This document shows positions 1 to 10,427 of a stretch of DNA of 64,000 bases, one piece after another. Origin of the DNA: Alphaproteobacteria bacterium (GTDB lineage: Bacteria > Pseudomonadota > Alphaproteobacteria > UBA828); assembly GCA_963422645.2 (NCBI GenBank), contig CAXXVO010000009.1:352001-416000 (forward strand). The letters are read 5' to 3'. Numbering within the stretch: the first letter of the stretch is position 1; every line of letters begins with the position of its first letter. The position numbers were made by a program, and so were the translations under genes. The notes beneath the pieces were generated by a model. The model ran no database searches, was not told the origin of the DNA, and saw nothing but the letters and a program-made list of their open reading frames with translations.

Positions 1-606
1 GACGCCCGCCCCGAGTGGCCGCCCTTCCAGGACAGGCACTACGACCCCTTCTGGGCGCTCGCGCAAGAGCTGGACCAGCCGGTGACGCTCCACATCATCA
101 CCGGCAACGAGATCGACCCCTTCGTCCTGCACGGGCCTGAGCGTAGCAACGTGGCGCGCAGCGCCATGGGTGTGCTGGCGGAGGCCGGGCCCGTGCTGGC
201 CAACGAATTCATCTTCGGCGGCGTCCTCGACCGCTTCGAGAAGCTCAAGCTGGTGCTCTCGGAGTACGAGGTCTGCTGGCTGCCCTACTGGCTGTTCCGC
301 GCCAAGCAGATTCAGGATGACTTCGGCCCGGCGCTGGACATCCCCAAGGTCAAGCGGCCGGTCGAGGAATACTTGGGCCAGATCTATCACGGGCTGATCG
401 ACGATCCCTACCTGGACAAGGTGCTGGACGTGATCGACCCGAAGACCATCATGTGGGGCTCGGACTTCCCCCACGCGCGCTGCACCTACCCGAATACGAT
501 GACGGTGATCGAGCGCGTGTTCGGCCATCTCGACGAAGAGACCCGGCGCGACGTCACCTTCAACAACTGCGCCCGCTTCTACAACTTCGACCTGCCTGCG
601 GCCTGA
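1..606 (+). CDS. Amidohydrolase family protein (Amidohydro_2), 5' end outside window
   Basis: Frame open from base 1 (YDPFWALAQELDQPVTLH); GGVLDRFEKLKLVLSE and IMWGSDFPH motifs; C-terminal NCARFY. Confidence 0.85.
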   Translation, partial: DARPEWPPFQDRHYDPFWALAQELDQPVTLHIITGNEIDPFVLHGPERSNVARSAMGVLAEAGPVLANEFIFGGVLDRFEKLKLVLSEYEVCWLPYWLFRAKQIQDDFGPALDIPKVKRPVEEYLGQIYHGLIDDPYLDKVLDVIDPKTIMWGSDFPHARCTYPNTMTVIERVFGHLDEETRRDVTFNNCARFYNFDLPAA

Positions 607-633
607 GCGGGCGCAAGCCCGCCTCTAACCCGA

Positions 634-1455
634 TCAGCGCCAGCCCCGGTTCGCGAGGAGCGTCGCGAAGGGGTCCATCGCGCGCGCCTCTGCGGGCTTG
701 ATGCGCTCGGCCTCGCCGTCCGCCACGGTGAAGAACGAGAGCTCGCTGTGAATGCAACCGGCCGGGCAGTCGCCCCACGCGTTGCGAAAGACGAAGTGCC
801 AGGTATCGCGCACCTTGGCCGCGTCAACATCGGGGCTACCCCCTACCGCCCACTCGGGCCGGGCGTAGTCGACGCCGTCGATCAGGAAATAGGCGAAAGT
901 TGCCTCTATCACGTCCACGCGCTCGTCCACATCCAGGAAGGCGTAACCGCCAAAGCGGAGCGTCTCTGCAGCCCTGAGCCCCAACTTCGCATTGAGGGCA
1001 TCGAAGGCCGCGTGCCCGGTGAGCGGTGGGGCGAGCGCGTTCTCGTCGTTCCACGTGCCGACAACGGTGTCTCGGAGCTCACCCTCGAGTCCAAGTATGA
1101 TTCTCCCCGGCCTGTACTCCTCACGCACGAGAACGTCCGCCATCGCCGGATACGCGCGGCGGATAAGCGACAATGCCTGCTTGACCTCGCGACCGAGCGC
1201 GTGCTGGCGCTCGTCGCCCAAGAACAGGCCGCCGCCTTCCCTTCGAAGAATTCGGTCGGCCAGGAATTGGGCCTCGGCGTCGGCGGCTTCCCAGGGAGAG
1301 GGGTGGAGTAATGTCGCTTCGCCGGCCTCAACCGAGTCAGCCGGGGCGACCGCCGTCACGGAGCCGATCAGGACCATGGCGCAGCCCACGACGAGCGCCC
1401 GACGCAATCGCGGCGGGTGTCCTCCGTGCCGACGGTCCCTGTGAAGAAGCCGCAA
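634..1455 (-). CDS. Hypothetical exported protein with WGDCPAGC motif
   Basis: 273-aa ORF with a hydrophobic N-terminal segment ending in an AxA-like site; start codon uncertain. Confidence 0.6.
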   Translation of the reverse strand: MRLLHRDRRHGGHPPRLRRALVVGCAMVLIGSVTAVAPADSVEAGEATLLHPSPWEAADAEAQFLADRILRREGGGLFLGDERQHALGREVKQALSLIRRAYPAMADVLVREEYRPGRIILGLEGELRDTVVGTWNDENALAPPLTGHAAFDALNAKLGLRAAETLRFGGYAFLDVDERVDVIEATFAYFLIDGVDYARPEWAVGGSPDVDAAKVRDTWHFVFRNAWGDCPAGCIHSELSFFTVADGEAERIKPAEARAMDPFATLLANRGWR

Positions 1456-1669
1456 CGTCAGTCACCCCGGCCGTTGAGGCGATGATCTCACCCAAATTCG
1501 ACGGAATTGTGGCGTATTCCGGACGCGCTGAGACGGGGCTTGACCGGATTCCGTCGCAATTCCGCTAGTGGGGAGCGGCGCAGGCGCCCACTGTGGGCCC
1601 AAGGGTGCGGCTTCGGCCAAACAACGATAGATTCCCAGGGATGGGACAGGCTTCAGACGGCGGCAAACC

Positions 1670-3205
1670 ATGACGAAACGAAGCGGTCGCCGCGGCGGCG
1701 GGCGCGCTGCACGGCGCGCGGAGCGGACCGGCGGCGGGATCGAGCAGCTCCGCTACATCACGCGCGACATCCCCTCGGTCGGGCTGCTGACCGAAGAGGG
1801 GCTGGCGCTGATCGAGGAGAACGCGGACACGATCCTGGAAGAGATCGGGATCGATTTTCGCGATGATCCCGAAGCGCTCGCGCTCTTCAAGGATGCCGGC
1901 GCCGACATCGACGGCGAACGGGTGCGCTTTCCGCGCGGGCTTGCGCGCCATCTGGTCTCGACCGCGCCACCCACCTTCACGCAGCTTGCACGCAATCCTG
2001 AGCGATCGGTCGAGATGGGCGGCCGCAACACGGTGTTCGCGCCAGTCTATGGCCCGCCCTTCATTTACGACATCGAGAAGGGGCGGCGCTACGCCCAGCT
2101 CGAGGATTTCCAGAACATCGTCAAGCTCGCCTACATGACGCCGGCGATGCACCACTCCGGCGGCACGGTCTGCGAGCCGGTCGACGTGCCGGTCAACAAG
2201 CGCCACCTCGACATGGTCTACGCGCACATGCGCTTTTCCGACAAGCCCTTCATGGGCTCGGTCACGCACCCCGAGCGCGCGGCGGATTCGGTGGAGTTGG
2301 CGAAAATTCTCTTCGGCGCAGACGTGGTCGATTCCCAGGCCGTCATGGTCAGCCTGATCAACGCCAACTCGCCGATGACCTTCGACGCGACCATGCTGGG
2401 TGCGCTCAAGGTCTACGCCCGCGCCAACCAGGGCCTCCTGATCACCCCCTTCATCCTCGCGGGCGCGATGGCGCCGGTCTCGGTTGCGGGCACGATGGCG
2501 CAGACCCTGGCGGAGGCCATGGCCGGCATCGCTCTCGGCCAGCTTTGCCGGCCGGGGTCGCCGGTGATCTTCGGCAGTTTCCTGAGCTCGATGTCGATGC
2601 AGAGCGGCGCGCCGACCTTCGGCACGCCGGAGGCGACGCTCGCGATCTTCGGCCTGGCGGCATTGGCCCGGCGCCTCGGCGTCCCCTTCCGCAGCGGCGG
2701 GGCGTTGACCGCGTCGAAGCTGCCCGACGCGCAGGCCGCCTACGAGAGCGCGAACACGATGCTGCCGACGGTGCTTGCCGGCGTCAACTTCGTGCTGCAC
2801 GGCGCGGGCTGGCTCGAAGGCGGGCTCGCGAGCGGCTACGAGAAGTTCATCATGGATGCCGACCAGCTCGGCATGATGCAGGTGCTGGCAAAGGGCTACG
2901 ACCTCTCGGCCAACGGCCAGGCGATGGATGCGATCCGCGAGGTCGGGCCCGGCAGCCACTATCTCGGCTGCGCCCACACCCAGGCGAACTTCGAGACCGC
3001 CTTCTACCGCTCACCGGTTGCCGACAATTCGAGCTTCGAGCAATGGCAGTCGGACGGCTCCAAGGACACGGCGCAACGGGCGCACGATCTCTACAAGTCG
3101 ATGCTGGCCTCCTACGAAGCGCCGCCCATCGACCCCGGCGTGGACGAGGCGCTCAAGGAGTTCATCGCGAAGAAGAAGGCGTCCATGCCCGACGCCTTCG
3201 CTTGA
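1670..3205 (+). CDS. Trimethylamine methyltransferase (MttB) family protein, non-pyrrolysine (glycine betaine/quaternary amine methyltransferase-like)
   Basis: 511 aa; motifs GGTVCEPVD, INANSPM, PFILAGAMAPVS, GAPTFGTPE, HGAGWLEGGL; no in-frame TAG. Confidence 0.92.
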   Translation: MTKRSGRRGGGRAARRAERTGGGIEQLRYITRDIPSVGLLTEEGLALIEENADTILEEIGIDFRDDPEALALFKDAGADIDGERVRFPRGLARHLVSTAPPTFTQLARNPERSVEMGGRNTVFAPVYGPPFIYDIEKGRRYAQLEDFQNIVKLAYMTPAMHHSGGTVCEPVDVPVNKRHLDMVYAHMRFSDKPFMGSVTHPERAADSVELAKILFGADVVDSQAVMVSLINANSPMTFDATMLGALKVYARANQGLLITPFILAGAMAPVSVAGTMAQTLAEAMAGIALGQLCRPGSPVIFGSFLSSMSMQSGAPTFGTPEATLAIFGLAALARRLGVPFRSGGALTASKLPDAQAAYESANTMLPTVLAGVNFVLHGAGWLEGGLASGYEKFIMDADQLGMMQVLAKGYDLSANGQAMDAIREVGPGSHYLGCAHTQANFETAFYRSPVADNSSFEQWQSDGSKDTAQRAHDLYKSMLASYEAPPIDPGVDEALKEFIAKKKASMPDAFA

Positions 3206-3207
3206 GT

Positions 3208-3437
3208 TAGAGCAGTGTCCGAACGGAAAGATTCGTACCCGATCGCTGCACCTTCGCTTATTCGCATGCCTTGCGATCCGGGCTTCCCCTCCTCACCCCA
3301 GCCCTCTCCTCCCCAGGGAGGAGAGGGAGAACGGGTGGCGCTGCCACGTTCCCCCTCCGCCCTCTGGGGGGAGGGGGACAGGGGGAGGTGGGCGCGTACG
3401 GCTCCGCCGTGATCCGGTAGGGCCGAGTAGTGCTCTA
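3208..3437. repeat. CIR/RIME-like intergenic element (TAGAGCA...TGCTCTA ends) with nested palindromic REP doublet at 3286-3392
   Basis: Terminal inverted repeats; shell homologous to 42066-42300; core homologous to 26036-26145 and 42111-42221. Confidence 0.75.
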
Positions 3438-5441
3438 GGACTGACGACGGCGGCGATTGCGGCGGCGGCCGGCCGGTGCCGATGCTGCCTCTGCAACGGG
3501 CAGAGTGACGTGCTGCGGCAGGTGGACGTAGGTCGCCGTGCCGTGGGGGATCGCCATGGCGTCGACGAAGTGGCGCTGAAACGCGGGCTCGACGGCGGTC
3601 TCCACCTTCTCGACCTCGCGCACCACGGTCTCTATCTCCTCGCGCGCCGCGCAGTCGAGCAGCGCGATCAGCGCGCCCGTGCCGGCGGCGTTGCCCGCGG
3701 CGGATACCTTCTCCAGCTGGCAGTCGGGGATCACGCCGAGCACCATGGCGTAGAGCGGGTCGATATGGCTGCCGAAGGCGCCGGTCAGCACGATCCGGTC
3801 GACCGTCGCGATCTCGAAGCGGTCCATGAGCAGCCGCGCGCCGGCCATCAGCGCCGCCTTGGCAAGCTGAATGGCGCGCACGTCGTTCTGATGGATGGAG
3901 ATCGCCGGCTCGCCCGGGTGGAGCAGATAGCGGAAGGTCCGCCCCTCCTCGACGATACGATCGGTCCGAGCGCGCGCCGCGCCGGCGATGGTGCCGTCGC
4001 CGAGCAGGATGCCGGCGAGGTACATCTCGGCCAGCGCCTCGATGATACCTGAGCCGCAGATGCCGGTGACGCCGGTGGCAGAGGTGGCCTCCTGGAACCC
4101 CTCCTCGTCGGACCAGAGCTCGCAGCCGATGACCCTGACCCTGGCCTCCAGCGTATCGCGGTCGATGCGCACGCGCTCGATGGCGCCGGGGGCCGCGCGC
4201 TGGCCGGCCGCGATCTGCGCACCCTCGAAGGCGGGGCCGGTGGGCGAGGACGCGGCCAGCAGCCGTTCGCTGTTGCCGAGCACGATCTCCGCATTGGTAC
4301 CGACATCGACGACCAGAACCGTCTCGTCTGCCCGGTGCGGGGCCTCGGAGAGCACCACGCCGGCCGCGTCGGCACCGACGTGGCCCGCGATGCAGGGCAG
4401 CACGTAGACACGCGCGCCCGGATTGACGTCGAGGTCGATGTCGCTTGCCGGCAGAGTGAGCCCGCCGGAGGCTGCGAGCGCGAAGGGCGCGCCGCCGAGC
4501 TCGGTCGGGTCGATGCCGAGCAGCAGGTGATGCATGATCGGGTTGCCGACGAAGGCCGCGTTGAGAATATCGCTGCGCGCAATACCCGCTTCGTCCGCCA
4601 CCTCGCCGATCAGCGCGTTCACCGCGCCGCGCACGGCCTCGGTCAGCTCGGCCTCGCCGCCCGGGTTCATCATGACGTAAGAGACCCGGCTCATCAGGTC
4701 CTCGCCGAAGCGGATCTGCGGGTTCATGCGCCCGGCAGAGGCCACGACGGTGGCGCTCGATATCTCGGCCAGATGGCAGGCGATGGTGGTGGAGCCGATG
4801 TCGAAGGCCGCGCCATAGGCCTGCTCGTGGAAGCCGGGCCAGAGGGCGACGATGCGTGTCGCCCGGTGGACCGCCACCGTCGCGGACCATTCGCCGTCGC
4901 GGAGCGCGCGCTGCAGGCCTTGCAGGACGTGCAGGTCGGACGTGAGGCCGCCGAGGCCCCACTGCTCGCCGAGCGCGTCCGTCAGGCGCTCGAAATCGCT
5001 GCGCGGGTTGTGCATGTCGGGCTCGGCGACCTCGACATAGTGCAGCCGGATTGCGGGATCGATGGTGTAGTCCCGCGCCTCGGCGCGCTTGCGCACGACC
5101 TGCTTGTGGACCTGGCTCTCGGGCGGGACGTCGATGACGACATCGCCCTCGATCAGTGCCGAGCAGCCGAGGCGCCGGCCGGCCGCGAGGCCGCGGCGGG
5201 CGGCGTAGCGGGCCTCCTTCTCGCCCGGTGGGCTCAGATGGCCGGGCGCGCTCTCGATCCCGAACTTGGCGAAGTGGCCGCTCCCGGCCTCCACCTGGCA
5301 GCGGCCGCAGAGGCCGCGGCCCCCGCACACGGAATCGAGGTCGACGCCGATGGAGCGCGCCGCGTCGAGGACCGAGGTGCCGTGTGCGAAGCGCCCGCGC
5401 TTACCGGAGGGCGTGAAAACGACGAAGGGGTGTTCGCTCAT
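3435..5441 (-). CDS. ASKHA-domain corrinoid reductive activator (RamA/RACo, DUF4445) with N-terminal 2Fe-2S domain
   Basis: CGGRGLCGRC and RLGC ferredoxin motif; DIGSTT, NPQIRFGEDLMSR, DVGTNAE, GPAFEG, GICGSG, AGAFGS-like motifs. Confidence 0.92.
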   Translation of the reverse strand: MSEHPFVVFTPSGKRGRFAHGTSVLDAARSIGVDLDSVCGGRGLCGRCQVEAGSGHFAKFGIESAPGHLSPPGEKEARYAARRGLAAGRRLGCSALIEGDVVIDVPPESQVHKQVVRKRAEARDYTIDPAIRLHYVEVAEPDMHNPRSDFERLTDALGEQWGLGGLTSDLHVLQGLQRALRDGEWSATVAVHRATRIVALWPGFHEQAYGAAFDIGSTTIACHLAEISSATVVASAGRMNPQIRFGEDLMSRVSYVMMNPGGEAELTEAVRGAVNALIGEVADEAGIARSDILNAAFVGNPIMHHLLLGIDPTELGGAPFALAASGGLTLPASDIDLDVNPGARVYVLPCIAGHVGADAAGVVLSEAPHRADETVLVVDVGTNAEIVLGNSERLLAASSPTGPAFEGAQIAAGQRAAPGAIERVRIDRDTLEARVRVIGCELWSDEEGFQEATSATGVTGICGSGIIEALAEMYLAGILLGDGTIAGAARARTDRIVEEGRTFRYLLHPGEPAISIHQNDVRAIQLAKAALMAGARLLMDRFEIATVDRIVLTGAFGSHIDPLYAMVLGVIPDCQLEKVSAAGNAAGTGALIALLDCAAREEIETVVREVEKVETAVEPAFQRHFVDAMAIPHGTATYVHLPQHVTLPVAEAASAPAGRRRNRRRRQS

Positions 5442-5445
5442 GCGC

Positions 5446-6372
5446 TTACGCGCTGACGGCAGCGCCCTCCCGCCGGCGCCGGCGCCCTTCGCGCCGGCCG
5501 CGCCTGCCCTCGCTGCCGTTCGCGCCCGCCGGCTCGCGGAAGCGCCTGAGCCAGCGCGCGCAATCGGGATCGTTGCCGTTCATCATGTCGGCGGCCATGA
5601 CCGCGGCGACCTCCGCTTCGTGCAGCGGGTTCATGATGGCCGACGTGAGGCCCGAGCGCGCGGCCATGCTGAGGAAGGCCGCGTTCACGCTCGGCCGGTT
5701 GGGCAGGCCGAAGCCGATGTTCGACGCGCCGCAGGTGGAGTTGACCCCGAGCTCCTCCTTGAGCCGGCGCATGATGGCGAAGGCCTGCACGCCTGCCGTG
5801 TTGATGGCGCCGATCGGCATGACCAGGGGGTCCACCACCACGTCCTCCTTGGGGATGCCGTGGTCCATGGCGCGCTCGACGATCATCTTGGCGATCGCGA
5901 AGCGCTCGTCCGGGTCTTCGGAGATGCCGCTCTCGTCATTGGAGATGGCGACGACGGCGCAGCCGTATTTCTTCACCAGGGGCAGCACCGATTCCAGCCG
6001 CTCCTCCTCGCCGGTGACCGAGTTGAGCAGCGGCTTGCCCTGGTAAGCCTCCAGCCCCGCCTCCAGCGCGGCCACGATGGAGCTGTCGATGGAGAGCGGC
6101 ACGTCCACCAGCGACTGCACCAGCCGGATGCAATCGGCGAGGATCTTGGGCTCGTCGGCGAGCGGCACGCCCGCGTTGACATCGAGCATATGAGCGCCGG
6201 CCGCGACCTGGGCCAGCGCGTCCTTTTCCACCCGCGAATAGTCGCCCGCCGCCAGCTCCGCCATCAGCAGCTTGCGGCCGGTGGGATTGATCCGCTCGCC
6301 GATGATGCAGAAGGGCTGGTCGAACCCGATCACCACCTCCTTGGTGGCGGAACTGAGGATGGTGCGTGTCAT
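5446..6372 (-). CDS. Methyltetrahydrofolate:corrinoid methyltransferase (pterin-binding domain)
   Basis: IGERINPTGRK, LDVNAG, LSIDSS, LNSVTGEEE, DPLVMPIGA, GASNIGFGLP; ATG at 6372 overlaps the upstream TGA (ATGA). Confidence 0.92.
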   Translation of the reverse strand: MTRTILSSATKEVVIGFDQPFCIIGERINPTGRKLLMAELAAGDYSRVEKDALAQVAAGAHMLDVNAGVPLADEPKILADCIRLVQSLVDVPLSIDSSIVAALEAGLEAYQGKPLLNSVTGEEERLESVLPLVKKYGCAVVAISNDESGISEDPDERFAIAKMIVERAMDHGIPKEDVVVDPLVMPIGAINTAGVQAFAIMRRLKEELGVNSTCGASNIGFGLPNRPSVNAAFLSMAARSGLTSAIMNPLHEAEVAAVMAADMMNGNDPDCARWLRRFREPAGANGSEGRRGRREGRRRRREGAAVSA

Positions 6373-7052
6373 GGCGCTCCTGCTTCCTCGCCGGCTGCCG
6401 CCGCCCTTTCCATGAAACCCGCGAGCTCGCCGTAGCCCACATGGCGATGGACATAGCCGAGCCCCAAGCGCTCCGCCGCCTCGCGGGCCTTGGCCTCCAG
6501 AGCGTCGTCGCGGACCTGGGAGATGTAGACGCAGTTCGTGTAGTTGCCGAAGTAGTCGTCGCGCAGCTCGGGCCAGCGGTCCAGCCCCAGGCCTTCGATG
6601 ATCAGCCGGTCGAAGTGGCGCACCATGTAATCGGTCAGGAAGAACTGGGTGGGATCGTCGTCGGTGATGGCGGCGAAGGCCTCCTGGCCGGTATAGAAGG
6701 CGTAGCAGTGCGGCCCCTCGATGCGCTCCACGCCTTCCTCCTCGATCACCTTGTCGAGCAGGCCGCCGGTGCCGCAATCGCCGTAGGCCACGAAGATTGC
6801 GCGATAGTCCGCCCTCTTCGCCCGGATCTTCGCGCGCACCGCCTCGGGGATCAGGTGCGGGCGGTTGTGCAGCTTGGCCGGCAGGCAGGTGATGTCGAGG
6901 TGATCGAAAGCGTTGGCCGCGCGGAAATCGACGATCTCGCGGGCGAGCGCGCCGCAGGCGATGACCAGCGCCCGGGCCGGGCCGGCGGACGCGAACGCGG
7001 CTTCGTCGTCGACCGAGAGGTCGGTGTGCTCAGGCGTCGCGGCTTCTACCAT
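6369..7052 (-). CDS. DUF1638 domain-containing protein
   Basis: IACGALARE, LPAKLHNRP, YGDCGTGG, GPHCY, FFLTD motifs; operonic with corrinoid genes. Confidence 0.85.
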   Translation of the reverse strand: MVEAATPEHTDLSVDDEAAFASAGPARALVIACGALAREIVDFRAANAFDHLDITCLPAKLHNRPHLIPEAVRAKIRAKRADYRAIFVAYGDCGTGGLLDKVIEEEGVERIEGPHCYAFYTGQEAFAAITDDDPTQFFLTDYMVRHFDRLIIEGLGLDRWPELRDDYFGNYTNCVYISQVRDDALEAKAREAAERLGLGYVHRHVGYGELAGFMERAAAAGEEAGAP

Positions 7053-7064
7053 TGCGTGCTGCCC

Positions 7065-7772
<708 letters not shown>

Positions 7773-7920
7773 GACCACTGTCCTGATCCGGGCGTTGACG
7801 GCGCTGGGCTGTTGTTTATCGGCGCCGCACGCTTGCGTTGCAAACCCGCGTTGCAGGCCTGCGGCGCGGCACCTTAGCCCTGTTTCTCTTCAATCACATA
7901 GGGTGGGCAGTCTGTCCCAG

Positions 7921-7950
7921 ACGCGACGCCGGCTTGCTGGCCTGCGACAA
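7921..7950 (-). promoter_or_regulatory. Putative GlxA/GbdR-type operator (YGTCGC direct repeats 21 bp apart)
   Basis: Minus strand TGTCGC-N15-CGTCGC upstream of the corrinoid operon and next to the regulator gene. Confidence 0.4.
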
Positions 7951-7988
7951 AGCCCCAAGATCGCCCGTCCGTGCCGCCCTGGGATAGG

Positions 7989-9005
7989 TTACAGAGACGC
8001 CGGTTCCGGCAAGTCGGCATCGACCGCGCGAAAGGGAGGCGAGCCGCTGGTCAACCGCTTCGTGTCGCGCGGCGCGTGCCCGAAGTGCAGACGGAACGAC
8101 TTCGAGAAGTGCGATGCCGAGACGAACCCGGTGGCGAGCGCCACGTTGGTGACGGACATGCAGGTCTGCTGCAGCAAGGCGCGGGCGCGGTTGAGCCGCA
8201 TTTCAAGGTAGTAGCGGCTCGGCGTGCAGTTCAGGTATTTCAGGAAGAGCCGTTCGAGCTGACGGGTCGAGAGGCCGATTTCCCGCCCCAATTGGGTCTG
8301 GCTGAGCGGCGCCTCGATGTTCTCCGACATCACGTTGATGGTGGCGAGAAGCTTGGGCTGGCTCACCGCGAGACGCAGACGCAGCGCCATCCTCTGGTGG
8401 TCGTCCTCGCCCCTGATCCGCTCCAGCACCAGGGCCTCGGAGACCGCGGCGGCCAGCTCGTAGCCGTGATCGCGGTTGATGAAGCTGAGCATCATGTCGG
8501 ACGCCGCCATGCCGCCCGCGCAGGTGTAGCGGTTGCGGTCGATGACGAAGATGTCCTCGCTGACATCCACATTGGGGAAGTCCTCGATGAATCCCGGCAG
8601 GTTCTCCCAATGGATGGTGCAGCGATAGCCGTCGAGCAGCCCGAGGCGCGCCAGAATGTGGCTGCCCGTGCAGAGAGCGCCGATGTTCGTGCCGCGCCGC
8701 TCGATCTGCCGCAGCCAGACCCCGAGCCGTGCGTCCTCGAAGAGGTGGGTGTCGATGCCGCCGCAAACAAAGACCGTCGACAGGCGCTCGGCAGCGCCAC
8801 CGATCGACAGGTCCGCGGCGACGCTGAGCCCGGCCGACGACGCGACGGCTTCGCCGTCCGCAGAGACGGTGCGCCACTCATAGAGCGTCTGGCCGCTGAC
8901 GTAGTTGGCGAGCCGAAGCGACTCGATTGCACTCGAGAGCGCACCGAGCGAAAACTTCGGGACCATCAGGAAGCCGAATTGGCTTCCGGGATCGGTGGTC
9001 CTCAT
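7989..9005 (-). CDS. GlxA/GbdR family AraC transcriptional regulator
   Basis: DJ-1/GATase-like N domain (LCTGS, CTIHWEN, YTCAGG) plus AraC HTH (LSTRQLERLF, GFVSASHFSKSFR). Confidence 0.93.
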   Translation of the reverse strand: MRTTDPGSQFGFLMVPKFSLGALSSAIESLRLANYVSGQTLYEWRTVSADGEAVASSAGLSVAADLSIGGAAERLSTVFVCGGIDTHLFEDARLGVWLRQIERRGTNIGALCTGSHILARLGLLDGYRCTIHWENLPGFIEDFPNVDVSEDIFVIDRNRYTCAGGMAASDMMLSFINRDHGYELAAAVSEALVLERIRGEDDHQRMALRLRLAVSQPKLLATINVMSENIEAPLSQTQLGREIGLSTRQLERLFLKYLNCTPSRYYLEMRLNRARALLQQTCMSVTNVALATGFVSASHFSKSFRLHFGHAPRDTKRLTSGSPPFRAVDADLPEPASL

Positions 9006-9248
9006 GGCATCGACGCCGGTCAGGCGCCTCCCCCCGCAACGCAATATTCAACTTACGACAACTCAGGACGGATGGGGCAATAGAATTCTTGCGCCAGTGC
9101 GCTGCCGGCCGGGTCGCTATTGCAGGCGCCCTCGCCCATAATCCGCGCCGCCATGGCCCCGCCTTCGTACCGCCCTCACCCGCCCGCCGCCGCGTGCGCG
9201 GACGGCCGCTACCGCATGATCGCATGACATCGTGACGGCGGCTTCGTG

Positions 9249-10118
9249 ATGGAGAGCGCGGCCGCCTGGGGCGCGGGCTGCGCCCTCGCCTGGGGCCTCG
9301 CGGATATCTGCGCGCGCTTCTCCGGCCGCTCGGTGGGCGTGCTGGCGGCGACCTGCTCGATGATGGCGGTCGGCGGCGTGCTGATTGCGGCCATCATGGC
9401 GGCGACGGGCCAGCCCTTCGACTGGCGGCTCGACGGTATCCACTGGCTCGTCGGGATCGGCGCCGGCACCGTGATCGGCTCGCTCCTCTTCTATCACGCC
9501 GTGACCCACGGCCCGGTGTCGCTCGCCTCGCCGGTGGTGGCCTGCTATCCGGCGATCGCGGTGCCGATCTCGGTTGCCCTCGGCGCCCGACCCGACCCGC
9601 TCCATTGGGTCGCGATGATCGCCACCATGGCCGGGGTCTGGCTGGTGGCGCGGGCGACGGCGTCCGGGGACAGCACCGCACCGGAATATGCGCCTGCCGT
9701 GATGCGGCGGACCATCCTCTACTCCCTGGTCGCAGCGGCGGTCTATGCCGCCTCGCTCACGGCCGCCGACCGGGCCATCGACATCTACGGCCCCTGGCAG
9801 ACCGTGCTGGTGGTTCGCATTTTCGGCTTCGCGGGGGTCGCGGCGATCCTGCTTGCCCGCCGCCGGCGCGTGCTCTTGCCGACGCGGGCCTGGCCGGTTC
9901 TGGCCGCATTCGGGGTCCTCGACACCATGGGCCACCTGCTGCTCTATTTCGGCCTCGAACTCCCCAACGGCGAGTACGCGATCGTGGCGAGCGTGGGTTA
10001 CACGGTGGTGACGGTGTTGCTGGCGCGCCTGTTCCTGCACGAGCCGGTCTCGCGGCTGCAATGGGGCGGAGTCACCATGGTTGTCGGCGGCGTCGGGGTC
10101 CTCGCCGCGTTCGGGTAG
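9249..10118 (+). CDS. DMT/EamA family transporter
   Basis: About 10 hydrophobic helices; GPVSLASPV and LFLHEPVSRLQWGG motifs. Confidence 0.85.
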   Translation: MESAAAWGAGCALAWGLADICARFSGRSVGVLAATCSMMAVGGVLIAAIMAATGQPFDWRLDGIHWLVGIGAGTVIGSLLFYHAVTHGPVSLASPVVACYPAIAVPISVALGARPDPLHWVAMIATMAGVWLVARATASGDSTAPEYAPAVMRRTILYSLVAAAVYAASLTAADRAIDIYGPWQTVLVVRIFGFAGVAAILLARRRRVLLPTRAWPVLAAFGVLDTMGHLLLYFGLELPNGEYAIVASVGYTVVTVLLARLFLHEPVSRLQWGGVTMVVGGVGVLAAFG

Positions 10119-10123
10119 AGGGT

Positions 10124-10400
10124 TCAGGTCTCGGTGAGCGCGTCGCGCAGGAGGCCACAGAGCGGCGCGTTGACCGCCGCAGGCTCCTCGGCGAGCGCCA
10201 TGTGCCTGAGACCGGGCAGGATCGCGAGCCGGGCGCCGGGGATCAGCCCCGCCATGGCCCGCGCCATGGCGGGCGTGTTGCCGGGATCGTCCTCCCCGAT
10301 CATGACCAGTGTCGGGCACGCGATCCGCTCCAGGCCGTGGACTAATTCGGCATCGCCCTCGGCGAGCACCCGGTAGATCTGCGGATAGAGGGCGGGAGCA
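10124..10400 (-). pseudogene. C-terminal fragment of alpha/beta hydrolase (PcaD-like)
   Basis: IACPTLVMIGEDDPG...LPGLRHMALAEEP (acid and His residues) with no nucleophile elbow or N-terminal half. Confidence 0.7.
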
Positions 10401-10427
10401 TCGACCTCTCGTTGCTGGCATTCGACG

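Noticed and set aside
1670-3205. Pyrrolysine-containing trimethylamine methyltransferase
   Set aside because: No in-frame TAG and no pyl genes in the window
3112-5328. Long alternative-frame and antisense ORFs here and elsewhere (e.g. 23133-25232, 53906-55678)
   Set aside because: Arg/Gly/Pro-rich shadows expected in GC-rich coding DNA, overlapping well-supported genes
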